A DNA stretch of 10,376 nt from a virus: IMG/VR virus record IMGVR_UViG_3300027706_000225. One strand, given 5' to 3'. Below are positions 1-6,171 of this stretch, in pieces; the stretch's first letter is position 1; every line of letters begins with the position of its first letter. The notes beneath the pieces are model-generated. The model was not told the DNA's origin. It saw only the letters and a program-made list of their open reading frames with translations, and searched no databases. Made by a program: the position numbers and the translations under genes.

Positions 1-241
1 CCTTGATGTCCTCGTAGAAGAGGTGCTTCTCCTCGTGGTTGCCGAGGATGCAGGCGGGTTTCCCCTGTCTCATCTCGAGGCGCATCGCCAGGTCGACACA
101 GCCGGCGCTGTCAGGACCGCGGTCGATCAGGTCGCCCAAGAAGAGGACGTGATCCTCTGGGCGTGCCTGGCACTTGTCCAGCAGCTCTTCGGCTTCCTTC
201 AGGCAGCCGTGCAAATCCCCAACGAGAATCAGTCTCCCCAT
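1..241 (-). CDS. Ser/Thr protein phosphatase, PPP/calcineurin-like metallophosphoesterase (lambda-PPase / PrpA-like); partial, C-terminus beyond window start
   Basis: Minus-strand translation from ATG (241-239) reads MGRLILVGDLHGCLKEAEELLDKCQARPEDHVLFLGDLIDRGPDSAGCVDLAMRLEMRQGKPACILGNHEEKHLFYEDIK. It contains the three N-terminal metallophosphoesterase signature motifs GDxHG, GDxxDRG and GNHE, in the spacing typical of the family. The frame stays open to base 1. Confidence 0.85.
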   Translation of the reverse strand, partial: MGRLILVGDLHGCLKEAEELLDKCQARPEDHVLFLGDLIDRGPDSAGCVDLAMRLEMRQGKPACILGNHEEKHLFYEDIK

Positions 242-251
242 GATGGGGAGA
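233..251. repeat. Perfect 9-bp inverted repeat (tctccccat g atggggaga) centred on the phosphatase start codon
   Basis: Read directly: 233-241 tctccccat, spacer g at 242, 243-251 atggggaga. The arms are exact reverse complements. The minus-strand ATG (241-239) lies inside the left arm, and no SD is present upstream. Confidence 0.6.
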
Positions 252-256
252 TAGTA

Positions 257-421
257 CTACTTCTCTGCCCGGTGGTCAGCGAGGCACGTTTGCTCTGATT
301 CCGTCCCACAGTGCGGACAGGTGACCGTCACCTTGCACTTCTTGTGGTGGCCCTCGTAGAACCAGGTGCCGATCAACCAGACGAGGATCGCAGCGTCCAG
401 GACCGCAGTGAGAGCTTCCAT
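257..421 (-). CDS. Small membrane / zinc-ribbon-like protein (54 aa)
   Basis: Minus-strand ATG at 421-419 overlaps the upstream gene's TGA (423-421) as TGATG. Translation MEALTAVLDAAILVWLIGTWFYEGHHKKCKVTVTCPHCGTESEQTCLADHRAEK shows one hydrophobic helix followed by C-x6-C-x2-C-x6-C. The stop TAG at 259-257 lies 15 nt upstream of the phosphatase ATG. Confidence 0.5.
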   Translation of the reverse strand: MEALTAVLDAAILVWLIGTWFYEGHHKKCKVTVTCPHCGTESEQTCLADHRAEK

Positions 422-774
422 CAGTTCACCGCCAGGCGGTTCGTCGGCGGTGCGATGTCTCGGCTGAGGTCGATCCCTTTGTTGGGGGTGTTGAACGTTG
501 CATCGAACTCGATGACCTGCAGCGGCTCCGGCGGGAACTCGTCCAGGCGCCAGCCCGGGCCCTCCAGATGCTCGCGGCCCTTGGGCACGCCGAACTCCGG
601 CAGCGTCTCACGTTCGAAGATGTCATCGTCGTCCAACATCGTGACGTCGGACTCGCTGGCGAGCTGGGGCAGTGCACCCTTCGGCTTCGTCCCCCACTTG
701 CCGACGACGTACGCCAGCCACATGAAGCCAGCAAGGTAGAGCCACACCTGCACGCGGTCAATGAACTTCTTCAC
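421..774 (-). CDS. Hypothetical membrane-anchored protein (117 aa)
   Basis: GTG start (774-772) overlaps the upstream gene's TGA (773-771) as GTGA, with SD GGGAGAG 5 nt upstream. Translation VKKFIDRVQVWLYLAGFMWLAYVVGKWGTKPKG... has an N-terminal TM helix and an acidic stretch (MLDDDDIFERE). The same ORF in the 6-frame track (421..1164) is an over-extension through the upstream gene. Confidence 0.55.
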   Translation of the reverse strand: MKKFIDRVQVWLYLAGFMWLAYVVGKWGTKPKGALPQLASESDVTMLDDDDIFERETLPEFGVPKGREHLEGPGWRLDEFPPEPLQVIEFDATFNTPNKGIDLSRDIAPPTNRLAVN

Positions 775-1070
775 GTTGTCTCTCCCATGGCGATCACGTG
801 GTGGTGACCCTTGTTGACCCACACCAGCTCGAACGTAGTCCCGGGAGGCAGTGGGTTGGACGGTGCGAACGGAAACTCGAGGACGACATCGGTGTTGTTC
901 TGGCCCGACATCGCCTTGATGTGGACGGGCCACGGGTGAGCACGCTGGCTCGGCGCCAGCAGCTGGAGGTGATCGCCCAAACGTGGCCTGTGATCGTGCT
1001 GGTGGAAGTGGTGCGACGACCACTGCAGCTTTGCGGACACGATTGCTGGGACGGGGAGGGCGACTGCCAT
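771..1070 (-). CDS. His-rich small protein (99 aa), possible metal binding
   Basis: ATG at 1070-1068 reads MAVALPVPAIVSAKLQWSSHHFHQHDHRPRLGDH...VWVNKGHHHVIAMGETT, with strong GC3 bias (about 80%). The track's upstream extension to 1160 runs into the AT-rich repeat-bearing intergenic region and is unlikely to be coding. GGGAG lies about 15 nt upstream. Confidence 0.55.
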   Translation of the reverse strand: MAVALPVPAIVSAKLQWSSHHFHQHDHRPRLGDHLQLLAPSQRAHPWPVHIKAMSGQNNTDVVLEFPFAPSNPLPPGTTFELVWVNKGHHHVIAMGETT

Positions 1071-1215
1071 GGTTGTACGTATACTCCCATACACGAGTGT
1101 ATACTGCCATAGTATGCTTGAACGCCCATGGCATGCACTTGCTTTTGAGCAGTACGTCACTCACAATTGTTCACTCAGCGAAACGTTACGTTGCTTGCAT
1201 GATGCGGGTTTCAAG
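1071..1215. promoter_or_regulatory. AT-rich divergent intergenic region with two 13-bp direct repeats, GTATACTcCCATA (1079-1091) and GTATACTgCCATA (1099-1111), plus GTATAC/TACGTA palindromes
   Basis: GC content is visibly lower than the flanks. The repeats are spaced 20 bp apart, about two helical turns. The region sits between the divergent minus-strand 4-gene operon and the plus-strand endonuclease VII gene. No convincing -35/-10 could be called. Confidence 0.4.
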
Positions 1216-1635
1216 ATGACTCGCACTCCACTTCGACAATTCTTGTTGAATCGCGGTGTGCTTCGCCCCAACACTCATGGTGGGTGGATGTGTGTGAAAC
1301 GAAAACCGCGACAATGTGAGTACTGTCATAACGAGTACGTGCCTGTTTCACGTACGCAACGTTGGTGTAAGACCTGTTGTCCTACTCGAAAAGATGCAGG
1401 TAGAATGTCAACATATGGGCTAACAATCTCAGCCTTCAACGAGATGATGCTTCGCTCTAATGGACGATGCGAAATTTGCGGGGAATGTTTTTCTGATGTT
1501 CCTTGTATCGACCATGATCATGTCACCAAGCGCGTAAGAGGTTTGCTCTGCACACAGTGCAACTTGCGATTGGGACATGTTGAAGTAGGACCAGACTGGT
1601 ATGTCAAAGCAGCCGCGTATCTCCAACGAGCGTGA
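1216..1635 (+). CDS. Recombination endonuclease VII family protein (phage T4 gp49-like, Endonuclease_7 / HNH-type)
   Basis: Translation contains CEICGECFSDVPCIDHDHVTKRVRGLLCTQCNLRLG. This is the Endonuclease_7 signature: a C-x2-C and C-x2-C zinc knuckle flanking DHDH...RGLLC..CN..LG. An N-terminal C-x2-C/C-x3-CC cluster is also present (CEYCH...CKTCCP). Start ATG at 1216; the track's upstream extension lies in the AT-rich intergenic region. Confidence 0.85.
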   Translation: MTRTPLRQFLLNRGVLRPNTHGGWMCVKRKPRQCEYCHNEYVPVSRTQRWCKTCCPTRKDAGRMSTYGLTISAFNEMMLRSNGRCEICGECFSDVPCIDHDHVTKRVRGLLCTQCNLRLGHVEVGPDWYVKAAAYLQRA

Positions 1636-1891
1636 ACTTCCCTCCGATGTCCTCCAGTTCCTCCTGGACCACCCCGACGAGGTCCAGCACGTCCGCTACC
1701 GCATGAAAGACATGGAGGAACGGATGATGCGGCCGATTCGCGAGGAAGAGGAGAGGAAACGACGTGCAGCCCTTCCCCTCAAGAAGTGCACCGCCCTGCC
1801 CTACACCAACTGCCAGAACATGACGCCGGGAGGCTACATCTGTGATGACTGCGCAGCCGAGTATCGAGAAGACCCCGACGCTTTCAAGTGA
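1601..1891 (+). CDS. Small Cys-rich (zinc-ribbon-like) protein; start uncertain (ATG 1601 overlapping the EndoVII 3' end, or ATG 1703)
   Basis: High GC3 in this frame runs from at least 1631 to the TGA at 1889-1891. The C-terminal part reads KKCTALPYTNCQNMTPGGYICDDCAAEY, four Cys. The only in-frame ATGs are at 1601 (35-nt overlap with the endonuclease gene) and 1703. Confidence 0.4.
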   Translation: MSKQPRISNERELPSDVLQFLLDHPDEVQHVRYRMKDMEERMMRPIREEEERKRRAALPLKKCTALPYTNCQNMTPGGYICDDCAAEYREDPDAFK

Positions 1892-1925
1892 GCCGTTCGA
1901 CCTCGACGCCCTTGAACGAGAGGTC

Positions 1926-2249
1926 ATGCGACGGGCTGACTCCATGACGCCCGAGCTGCTGCCTCGCCTGCTCATGGCGTTGCTCAAACGTGACTCGTTG
2001 GTCTACTGCGAGCGGCACATGACGAAGCTGTTCCCGTACATCCGAGCCCAGATCAGCCTGACCCGGGCCCGACGGAACTACTACCGGGACGATTGGGTTC
2101 AACCCTGCTCCCAAGACGCATCGCTTTACGGCATCGTCAGCTCGCCGGTCAGCACTGAGCGGCTGTACAAGATGGCACTTGAACACCGAGACAGAGTCCG
2201 CCAAGAATATCGGTCAACACCGTGCGTCTGCTTCCAGCCGCACCGCTAA
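1926..2249 (+). CDS. Hypothetical protein (107 aa; alternative start ATG 1842 would give 135 aa)
   Basis: ATG 1926 is preceded by GAGAGG 4 nt upstream, and the frame shows GC3 bias. ATG 1842 would overlap the previous gene by about 50 nt. Stop TAA at 2247-2249. Confidence 0.45.
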   Translation: MRRADSMTPELLPRLLMALLKRDSLVYCERHMTKLFPYIRAQISLTRARRNYYRDDWVQPCSQDASLYGIVSSPVSTERLYKMALEHRDRVRQEYRSTPCVCFQPHR

Positions 2250-2265
2250 CCCAAGGAACGACATC

Positions 2266-2673
2266 ATGAGCGAGAACGAGAACCAGGAACAGGCATCCGA
2301 GACGGTGCAGACGGAGAAGGAGAGCGCCGTCAACAGCATGCTCTCCGCGATCGCGTCGCGCATCAAGGACAGCAACCCCGAGGTCGTGGAACGCTGGCAG
2401 GACGCCCAGGTCGAGAAGGAAGTCTCCACGAGGGTGGACCTGCTCGACAAGGCGATGCAACGCCGGTTCCAGTGCCTCACCGAGCTCAACAAGGTCAACC
2501 GCCCCGACAACGAGACGTTCAACGCCGACGGCTCGCGGGCCAGCGCCTCCTACTCGAAGGACCGCCTCAAGGCGATCAAGGACGCGAAGGAAGCGCTCGC
2601 CAAGGTGGAGCACGCCCTCGAGAAGGCGTTGGTCCACAACGAGTGGCAGAAGATCAAGGAGCTCAAGGGCTGA
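2266..2673 (+). CDS. Hypothetical acidic, predicted helical protein (135 aa)
   Basis: ATG 2266 with AAGGAA 8 nt upstream. Translation MSENENQEQASETVQTEKES...ALAKVEHALEKALVHNEWQKIKELKG is E/K-rich and predicted helical. Stop TGA at 2671-2673. Confidence 0.65.
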   Translation: MSENENQEQASETVQTEKESAVNSMLSAIASRIKDSNPEVVERWQDAQVEKEVSTRVDLLDKAMQRRFQCLTELNKVNRPDNETFNADGSRASASYSKDRLKAIKDAKEALAKVEHALEKALVHNEWQKIKELKG

Positions 2674-2700
2674 ACAAGCCCCCGCGGCGGGCAGTACAAT
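2671..2700 (+). promoter_or_regulatory. Candidate sigma70-like promoter TGAACA-N18-TACAAT giving a leaderless transcript at ATG 2708
   Basis: TGAACA at 2671-2676 and TACAAT at 2695-2700. The -10 ends 7 nt before ATG 2708, which has no SD. This is consistent with the leaderless mRNAs common in high-GC Gram-positives. Confidence 0.3.
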
Positions 2701-2707
2701 CTGCCGC

Positions 2708-3070
2708 ATGACAGACGACGAAGCGAAGACACTGAGGGCGGCGCTCGATGAGAACGTCGCCCTTCGTGACAACTTGAGGTCGACACAGGAGCGGTGCAGC
2801 GCGCTGCTCACCGAGAACCGGGCCCTTCGCCACCAGCTCGCGACGATGAAGCTGCGGTGGCTCCAGCTGCTGGAGATGCCGTGCTGGGAGCCGGGACCCG
2901 ATGATGGTACGCTCGTCTTGAACTACGAGGTCAAGCACGGCGACCACAAGGACAACCGGATCATCATCGAACGAGACGTCAGCCCGCCGTCGCACCGTTG
3001 CGTCGAGAGCGGGCACTCGTACGGGCACGGAGACACCTGCTACTACTGCGGGCACAAGGACGAGACATGA
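2708..3070 (+). CDS. Hypothetical protein with N-terminal coiled coil and C-terminal Cys/His cluster (120 aa)
   Basis: ATG 2708. Translation reads LRAALDENVALRDNLRSTQERCSALLTENRALRHQLATMKLRW then ...HRCVESGHSYGHGDTCYYCGH. The stop TGA (3068-3070) overlaps the next ATG as ATGA. Confidence 0.55.
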   Translation: MTDDEAKTLRAALDENVALRDNLRSTQERCSALLTENRALRHQLATMKLRWLQLLEMPCWEPGPDDGTLVLNYEVKHGDHKDNRIIIERDVSPPSHRCVESGHSYGHGDTCYYCGHKDET

Positions 3071-3615
3071 GCGAAGACATCAAGTGGGTCAAGCCCTGGT
3101 GCAAGATGAACCTCGACGAGCTGGAGGATTACCGCGGCTTCGTCGTCGCCGTTCATCCGGAACACGGCATCATCAACGCTGCACGGAACGTCGCCACGCT
3201 GCACGAGCAGCTGGAGTTCACGAAGCGGAAGGTGCGAGCAAAGGTCGCCGTCGTCTACACCAGCGACTACCTGCCCCCGCTCGACGATGCTCGCATGGAG
3301 GATGACGACGGCGAAGAGCCGGTGCCCGAGGATCCGGATCCCCCGCCCCCGCTCGCTCCTCCCGTCGATCTCTTCGACACGACCGAGATCACGCTCGACG
3401 GTTCACGGCACCCTGAGGCTCCGATCGAGGCCGAACACGGTCTCGCCCCTCTTCCCAACGATGGCCCGGGACCCGAAAAGGCCACACCGTTCCCCAGCAA
3501 GGACCCCCAGCCGCCCTTCACGCCCCGCCGTGACCTCAGCAACCTGAGGGTCGATGGGGTCATGCACCCGGGTGCCCGAGGTTCCTGGGGCGGGCGTGGT
3601 CCTCGGTACGACTGA
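3067..3615 (+). CDS. Hypothetical protein with Pro/Asp/Glu-rich low-complexity C-terminal half (182 aa)
   Basis: ATG 3067-3069 overlaps the upstream stop (ATGA). Translation MSEDIKWVKPWCKMNLDELEDYRGFVVAVHPEHGIINAARN... is followed by EDPDPPPPLAPPVD...PQPPFTPRRD. The track's start at 2998 is an upstream over-extension. Confidence 0.6.
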   Translation: MSEDIKWVKPWCKMNLDELEDYRGFVVAVHPEHGIINAARNVATLHEQLEFTKRKVRAKVAVVYTSDYLPPLDDARMEDDDGEEPVPEDPDPPPPLAPPVDLFDTTEITLDGSRHPEAPIEAEHGLAPLPNDGPGPEKATPFPSKDPQPPFTPRRDLSNLRVDGVMHPGARGSWGGRGPRYD

Positions 3616-4200
3616 CCTAGTTAACATGTGACTTGGCACGTTTACGTTGACTGGACGCTTGAGGAGACGCCTCGACCATTTTACGTGGGAAAGGGCACTC
3701 CAGATCGTCTTCGAAAGAAGCAACGTAACATCGTTCACTCTCGCATCGCGAAAAAGTACGGCATGCGACGCGAGGTTGTGTTGACAACTGATGTTGAGCG
3801 TCAAGCGCTTGATGTCGAAGTTCAACTCATTCAAGAACATCGCACGTTTGTGGACGGCGGTACTGGTTGGTGGGGCGCCAATCTTACGTTGGGTGGCGAG
3901 GGCGTTTCGGGCACACACATCAACAAGGGTCGAACGTTCAGCGCCGAACATCGTCAAAAACTCAGTCAAGCTCGTCGTGGCAGGGCGCCTTGGAACAAAG
4001 GACAGCAAAACGTCTACACGGATGAAGCCCTTGCCAAGATCAAGAAAGCACGTTCACGTCAAGTCACATCAACGGAAACGAAGCAGAAGATTGCTGACGG
4101 TGTCCGTCGTTCATGGAGCAAACGATGCGACTGACAATGGGACAGCTTCGAAAACTTCTGCGTGAAGTAGGGGCAAATAATTCGTGGCCGGGCCAGCCGT
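3616..4200 (+). mobile_element. Second low-GC island carrying a free-standing GIY-YIG homing endonuclease gene
   Basis: Composition drops to roughly 50% GC from about 3616 to about 4200. The island holds a single endonuclease ORF inserted between two ORFs of the plus-strand block. Confidence 0.45.
3628..4134 (+). CDS. GIY-YIG homing endonuclease with C-terminal NUMOD3 DNA-binding repeats (I-TevI / Seg-like)
   Basis: The N-terminus VTWHVYVDWTLEETPRPFYVGKGTPDRLRKKQRN...LIQEH...N..GG matches the GIY-x10-YIG, conserved Arg, catalytic Glu and Asn architecture. The C-terminus has two NUMOD3-like repeats, GRTFSAEHRQKLSQARRG and TSTETKQKIADGVRRSW. The only available start is GTG 3628, and the SD is weak. 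Confidence 0.8.
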   Translation: MTWHVYVDWTLEETPRPFYVGKGTPDRLRKKQRNIVHSRIAKKYGMRREVVLTTDVERQALDVEVQLIQEHRTFVDGGTGWWGANLTLGGEGVSGTHINKGRTFSAEHRQKLSQARRGRAPWNKGQQNVYTDEALAKIKKARSRQVTSTETKQKIADGVRRSWSKRCD

Positions 4201-4454
4201 ATGGTCGGAGCGTGACATCGCCCGACATCAACTCACGCGAACAGCTGGGCGCGATCTCGGCGAAGGCTATCGACACCGTGGCAGACCCGGACGGTCTGCC
4301 CGATCACCTGCTCGAACCCCAGGTGGACCCCGAGGACTGCTTTGGTCCCGTTCCACCCGATGCAGAGCCCCCGTACGTGGGGCAAGATCCCTTCGCTCGG
4401 GACGTCAGCCCGAACCCGACTGGCACCATCAAGCGCGGTCCTACGCGCGTCTGA
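4137..4454 (+). CDS. Hypothetical protein (105 aa); start uncertain
   Basis: The frame is open with high GC3 after the first dozen or so codons. It ends at TGA 4452-4454, overlapping the convergent minus-strand gene by 14 nt. The first 60 nt are still low-GC and may belong to the endonuclease island. Confidence 0.3.
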   Translation: MGQLRKLLREVGANNSWPGQPYGRSVTSPDINSREQLGAISAKAIDTVADPDGLPDHLLEPQVDPEDCFGPVPPDAEPPYVGQDPFARDVSPNPTGTIKRGPTRV

Positions 4455-4788
4455 CCTCGGCGTCGAGGCGGTCCCGTTCCCAAGTCCGTTGCCGCTCTTC
4501 CCAGACGGGATCAGCGATGCGACGGATCCATCCAAACTTCCCTTCGTGCCAGGCGAGTCGTGCAGAGGCTCCGAGGAGCAGGAAGCGCCAGTGACCGACG
4601 AATGCATTCCTGGGCTCTGGAACGTACTCTTTGCCGATGACAGTCCAGGGAGTCTCGCTCTCCCAGAAGACCGGGTTGGGGTCGGTGAACAGCGGCTTGT
4701 CTCCCTCGACCTTCTCGCGGACGAAGAAGAACATCATGCCCGGGTAGATGTCCTCGTGGTTCAGCTGCTCACGTTCGGGGAAGTTCAT
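4441..4788 (-). CDS. Hypothetical protein (115 aa)
   Basis: ATG 4788-4786 with GGAGGA about 12 nt upstream. Strong GC3 bias. Translation reads MNFPEREQLNHEDIYPGMMFFFVREKVEGDKPLFTDPNPVFWESETPWTVIGKEY... It overlaps the upstream gene by 20 nt. Confidence 0.6.
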   Translation of the reverse strand: MNFPEREQLNHEDIYPGMMFFFVREKVEGDKPLFTDPNPVFWESETPWTVIGKEYVPEPRNAFVGHWRFLLLGASARLAWHEGKFGWIRRIADPVWEERQRTWERDRLDAEVRRA

Positions 4789-5116
4789 CGTCCGTCACGT
4801 CCTCCATGCCCTGCTGGCGTGCGAACTCACGGATGAAGTTATCAAAAGCGAGGCGGATGACGCCGAGGTCGACCAGCGTCACCTTGCGCAGCTCGTGGTC
4901 TGACCACGAGAGCGTGTTGATGGCGGTGCCCAATGGGCGCTGGAAGTCAAATGCGGGTCGCAGCATCAGCCGCGTGTGTTCGGTGGACGGGTTGCCCGGT
5001 GTGATCGGGGGACTGGTCTCGATCTTCTTGGACATCACCTGGTAGATGATGTGGTTCTTCAGGGTCGTATGCTCGGTCTGCTTGCCCGTCCACACGACGA
5101 GGTCGCCCTCATTCAC
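4769..5116 (-). CDS. Hypothetical protein (115 aa)
   Basis: GTG 5116-5114 overlaps the stop of the upstream gene (GTGAATGA), with GAGAGG about 9 nt upstream. Very high GC3. The track's start at 5212 would overlap the upstream gene by about 100 nt. Confidence 0.5.
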   Translation of the reverse strand: MNEGDLVVWTGKQTEHTTLKNHIIYQVMSKKIETSPPITPGNPSTEHTRLMLRPAFDFQRPLGTAINTLSWSDHELRKVTLVDLGVIRLAFDNFIREFARQQGMEDVTDDELPRT

Positions 5117-5399
5117 GGTCCATGCCTCTCGAGATAGCGATGTCCCTGATGATGTTGCCGAGTTGCTGGTAAGCTGTGCCGAGTTGGACAAGGTCAGGCG
5201 CCTCCACTTCATGCCATTGTACCCTCTTGTCCCGCAAGACGCTGGGTCCTGTCACCGTCCACACGGGTTCGAGCCAGATGTAGGCACCCGCTGCTTTCTT
5301 GACCCGCCACAGGACACCCTCTCCAGCGCCATTGAATCGTGCCATGGTGACTATGTCCCCGGGCTGGTAGGGGTTTTCTCGAGGGCGGTTGGTGGGCAC
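5109..5399 (-). CDS. Hypothetical small protein (96 aa)
   Basis: GTG 5399-5397 sits 4 nt after the map stop, with GGAG about 10 nt upstream. An alternative ATG lies about 57 nt downstream. GC3 is moderate, about 69%. Translation reads ...PGDIVTMARFNGAGEGVLWRVKKAAGAYIWLEPVWTVTG... Confidence 0.45.
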   Translation of the reverse strand: MPTNRPRENPYQPGDIVTMARFNGAGEGVLWRVKKAAGAYIWLEPVWTVTGPSVLRDKRVQWHEVEAPDLVQLGTAYQQLGNIIRDIAISRGMDRE

Positions 5400-5403
5400 G
5401 GTC

Positions 5404-6171
5404 CTAGCTCCTAGAGGCTGCCGCGGTCCTTCCTATCAGGGGCAGCGTCAGCACCTCGTAACCCGTCTCAGTCACCAGCACCGTGTGTTCGAACTGCGCT
5501 GACAACGAGCCATCGACGGTACGAACCGTCCACTGGTCAGCGTCGATCGTGATGTCGGCAGTGCCCAGGTTGATCATGGGCTCGATTGTGAACGTCATGC
5601 CAGGGACCAGGATGGGCCCGCCGGTGTGAGCGAAGTGGTTGACGTGGAGCTTGTTGTCATGGAAGATGCGGCCGATGCCGTGGCCACCGAACTCCCGGAC
5701 CACGCTGCACCCGTTGACGTTGGCCAGGCGTTGGATCTCGTTACCCACTGCATTGAGGGGTGCACCCGGTTTGACTTGTTGGATGCCAGCCAACATCGCT
5801 GAGTGGGTGACAGTGATCAACCTCATCGCCTCATCTGAGACCCGTCCGACAGCGACGGTGGCGTTGCAGTCGCCGAAGTGGCCGTCCAGGATCGTCGTCA
5901 CGTCGATGTTGACGATGTCGCCTTCCTTGAGGACGTAGGGACCCGGGATGCCGTGACAGACCACGTCGTTGACGCTGGTGCAGCAGGACTTGGGAAAGCC
6001 TCGATAGTTGAGGGGCGCCGGGCGGCCTCCCCTTCTCACTGTGTCATTGTGGACGATCCGGTCGATGTCTGCTGTCGTCATCCCCGGCCTCACCGAGGTG
6101 CAGGCGAGGTGCAGGGTCTGGGCCGCGTGGCGGCAGGCGGCACGCATCTTGGCGATGTCTATGGGTTGCAT
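5404..6171 (-). CDS. map: Type I methionine aminopeptidase
   Basis: The translation contains the full MetAP-I motif set: VCHGIP, GDIVNIDV, DGHFGD, GHGIGRIFHD, FTIEPM and QFEHT, which supply the five metal-ligand residues D, D, H, E, E. Length 255 aa. AAGGAG sits 6 nt upstream of ATG 6171. Confidence 0.9.
   Translation of the reverse strand: MQPIDIAKMRAACRHAAQTLHLACTSVRPGMTTADIDRIVHNDTVRRGGRPAPLNYRGFPKSCCTSVNDVVCHGIPGPYVLKEGDIVNIDVTTILDGHFGDCNATVAVGRVSDEAMRLITVTHSAMLAGIQQVKPGAPLNAVGNEIQRLANVNGCSVVREFGGHGIGRIFHDNKLHVNHFAHTGGPILVPGMTFTIEPMINLGTADITIDADQWTVRTVDGSLSAQFEHTVLVTETGYEVLTLPLIGRTAAASRS

Larger units (their letters stand above)
1071..1640 (+). mobile_element. Low-GC island carrying a free-standing HNH-type (EndoVII) homing-endonuclease-like gene
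   Basis: Composition drops to roughly 48% GC across 1071-1640, against about 62% in the flanks. The island holds a single endonuclease gene. No terminal repeats are seen. Confidence 0.45.

Noticed and set aside
23-739. Plus-strand ORFs 23..298 and 311..739 from the track
   Set aside because: They are antisense to the phosphatase, whose metallophosphoesterase motifs are unmistakable, and to the coupled small genes. Their translations are low-complexity Ala/Arg/Ser-rich. Long spurious antisense ORFs are expected in 62% GC DNA.
771-1160. Longer 129-aa version of the His-rich gene starting at 1160
   Set aside because: The extra 30 codons lie in the AT-rich, repeat-containing intergenic region and translate to an implausible Cys/Tyr-rich peptide. 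The internal ATG at 1070 marks the onset of coding-type GC3.
1069-1215. N-terminal extension of the EndoVII ORF to 1069
   Set aside because: It overlaps the divergent gene's start and the AT-rich control region. The Endonuclease_7 family is about 140-160 aa, consistent with ATG 1216.
1604-1987. Minus-strand 127-aa ORF antisense to the 1601-1891 and 1926-2249 genes
   Set aside because: Ser/Arg-rich translation with no SD. The plus-strand frames show better codon bias and fit the co-directional block.
2179-2265. Upstream extension of the 2266 gene to ATG 2179
   Set aside because: It would overlap the preceding gene by 70 nt. ATG 2266 has a proper AAGGAA SD.
3300-3560. Proline-rich and Ala/Glu-rich repetitive stretches (also 7080-7500 and 9100-9450) as possible tandem DNA repeats or CRISPR
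   Set aside because: No regular direct-repeat/spacer periodicity is visible. The repetition sits at the amino-acid level, as low-complexity and coiled-coil coding sequence inside well-supported ORFs.
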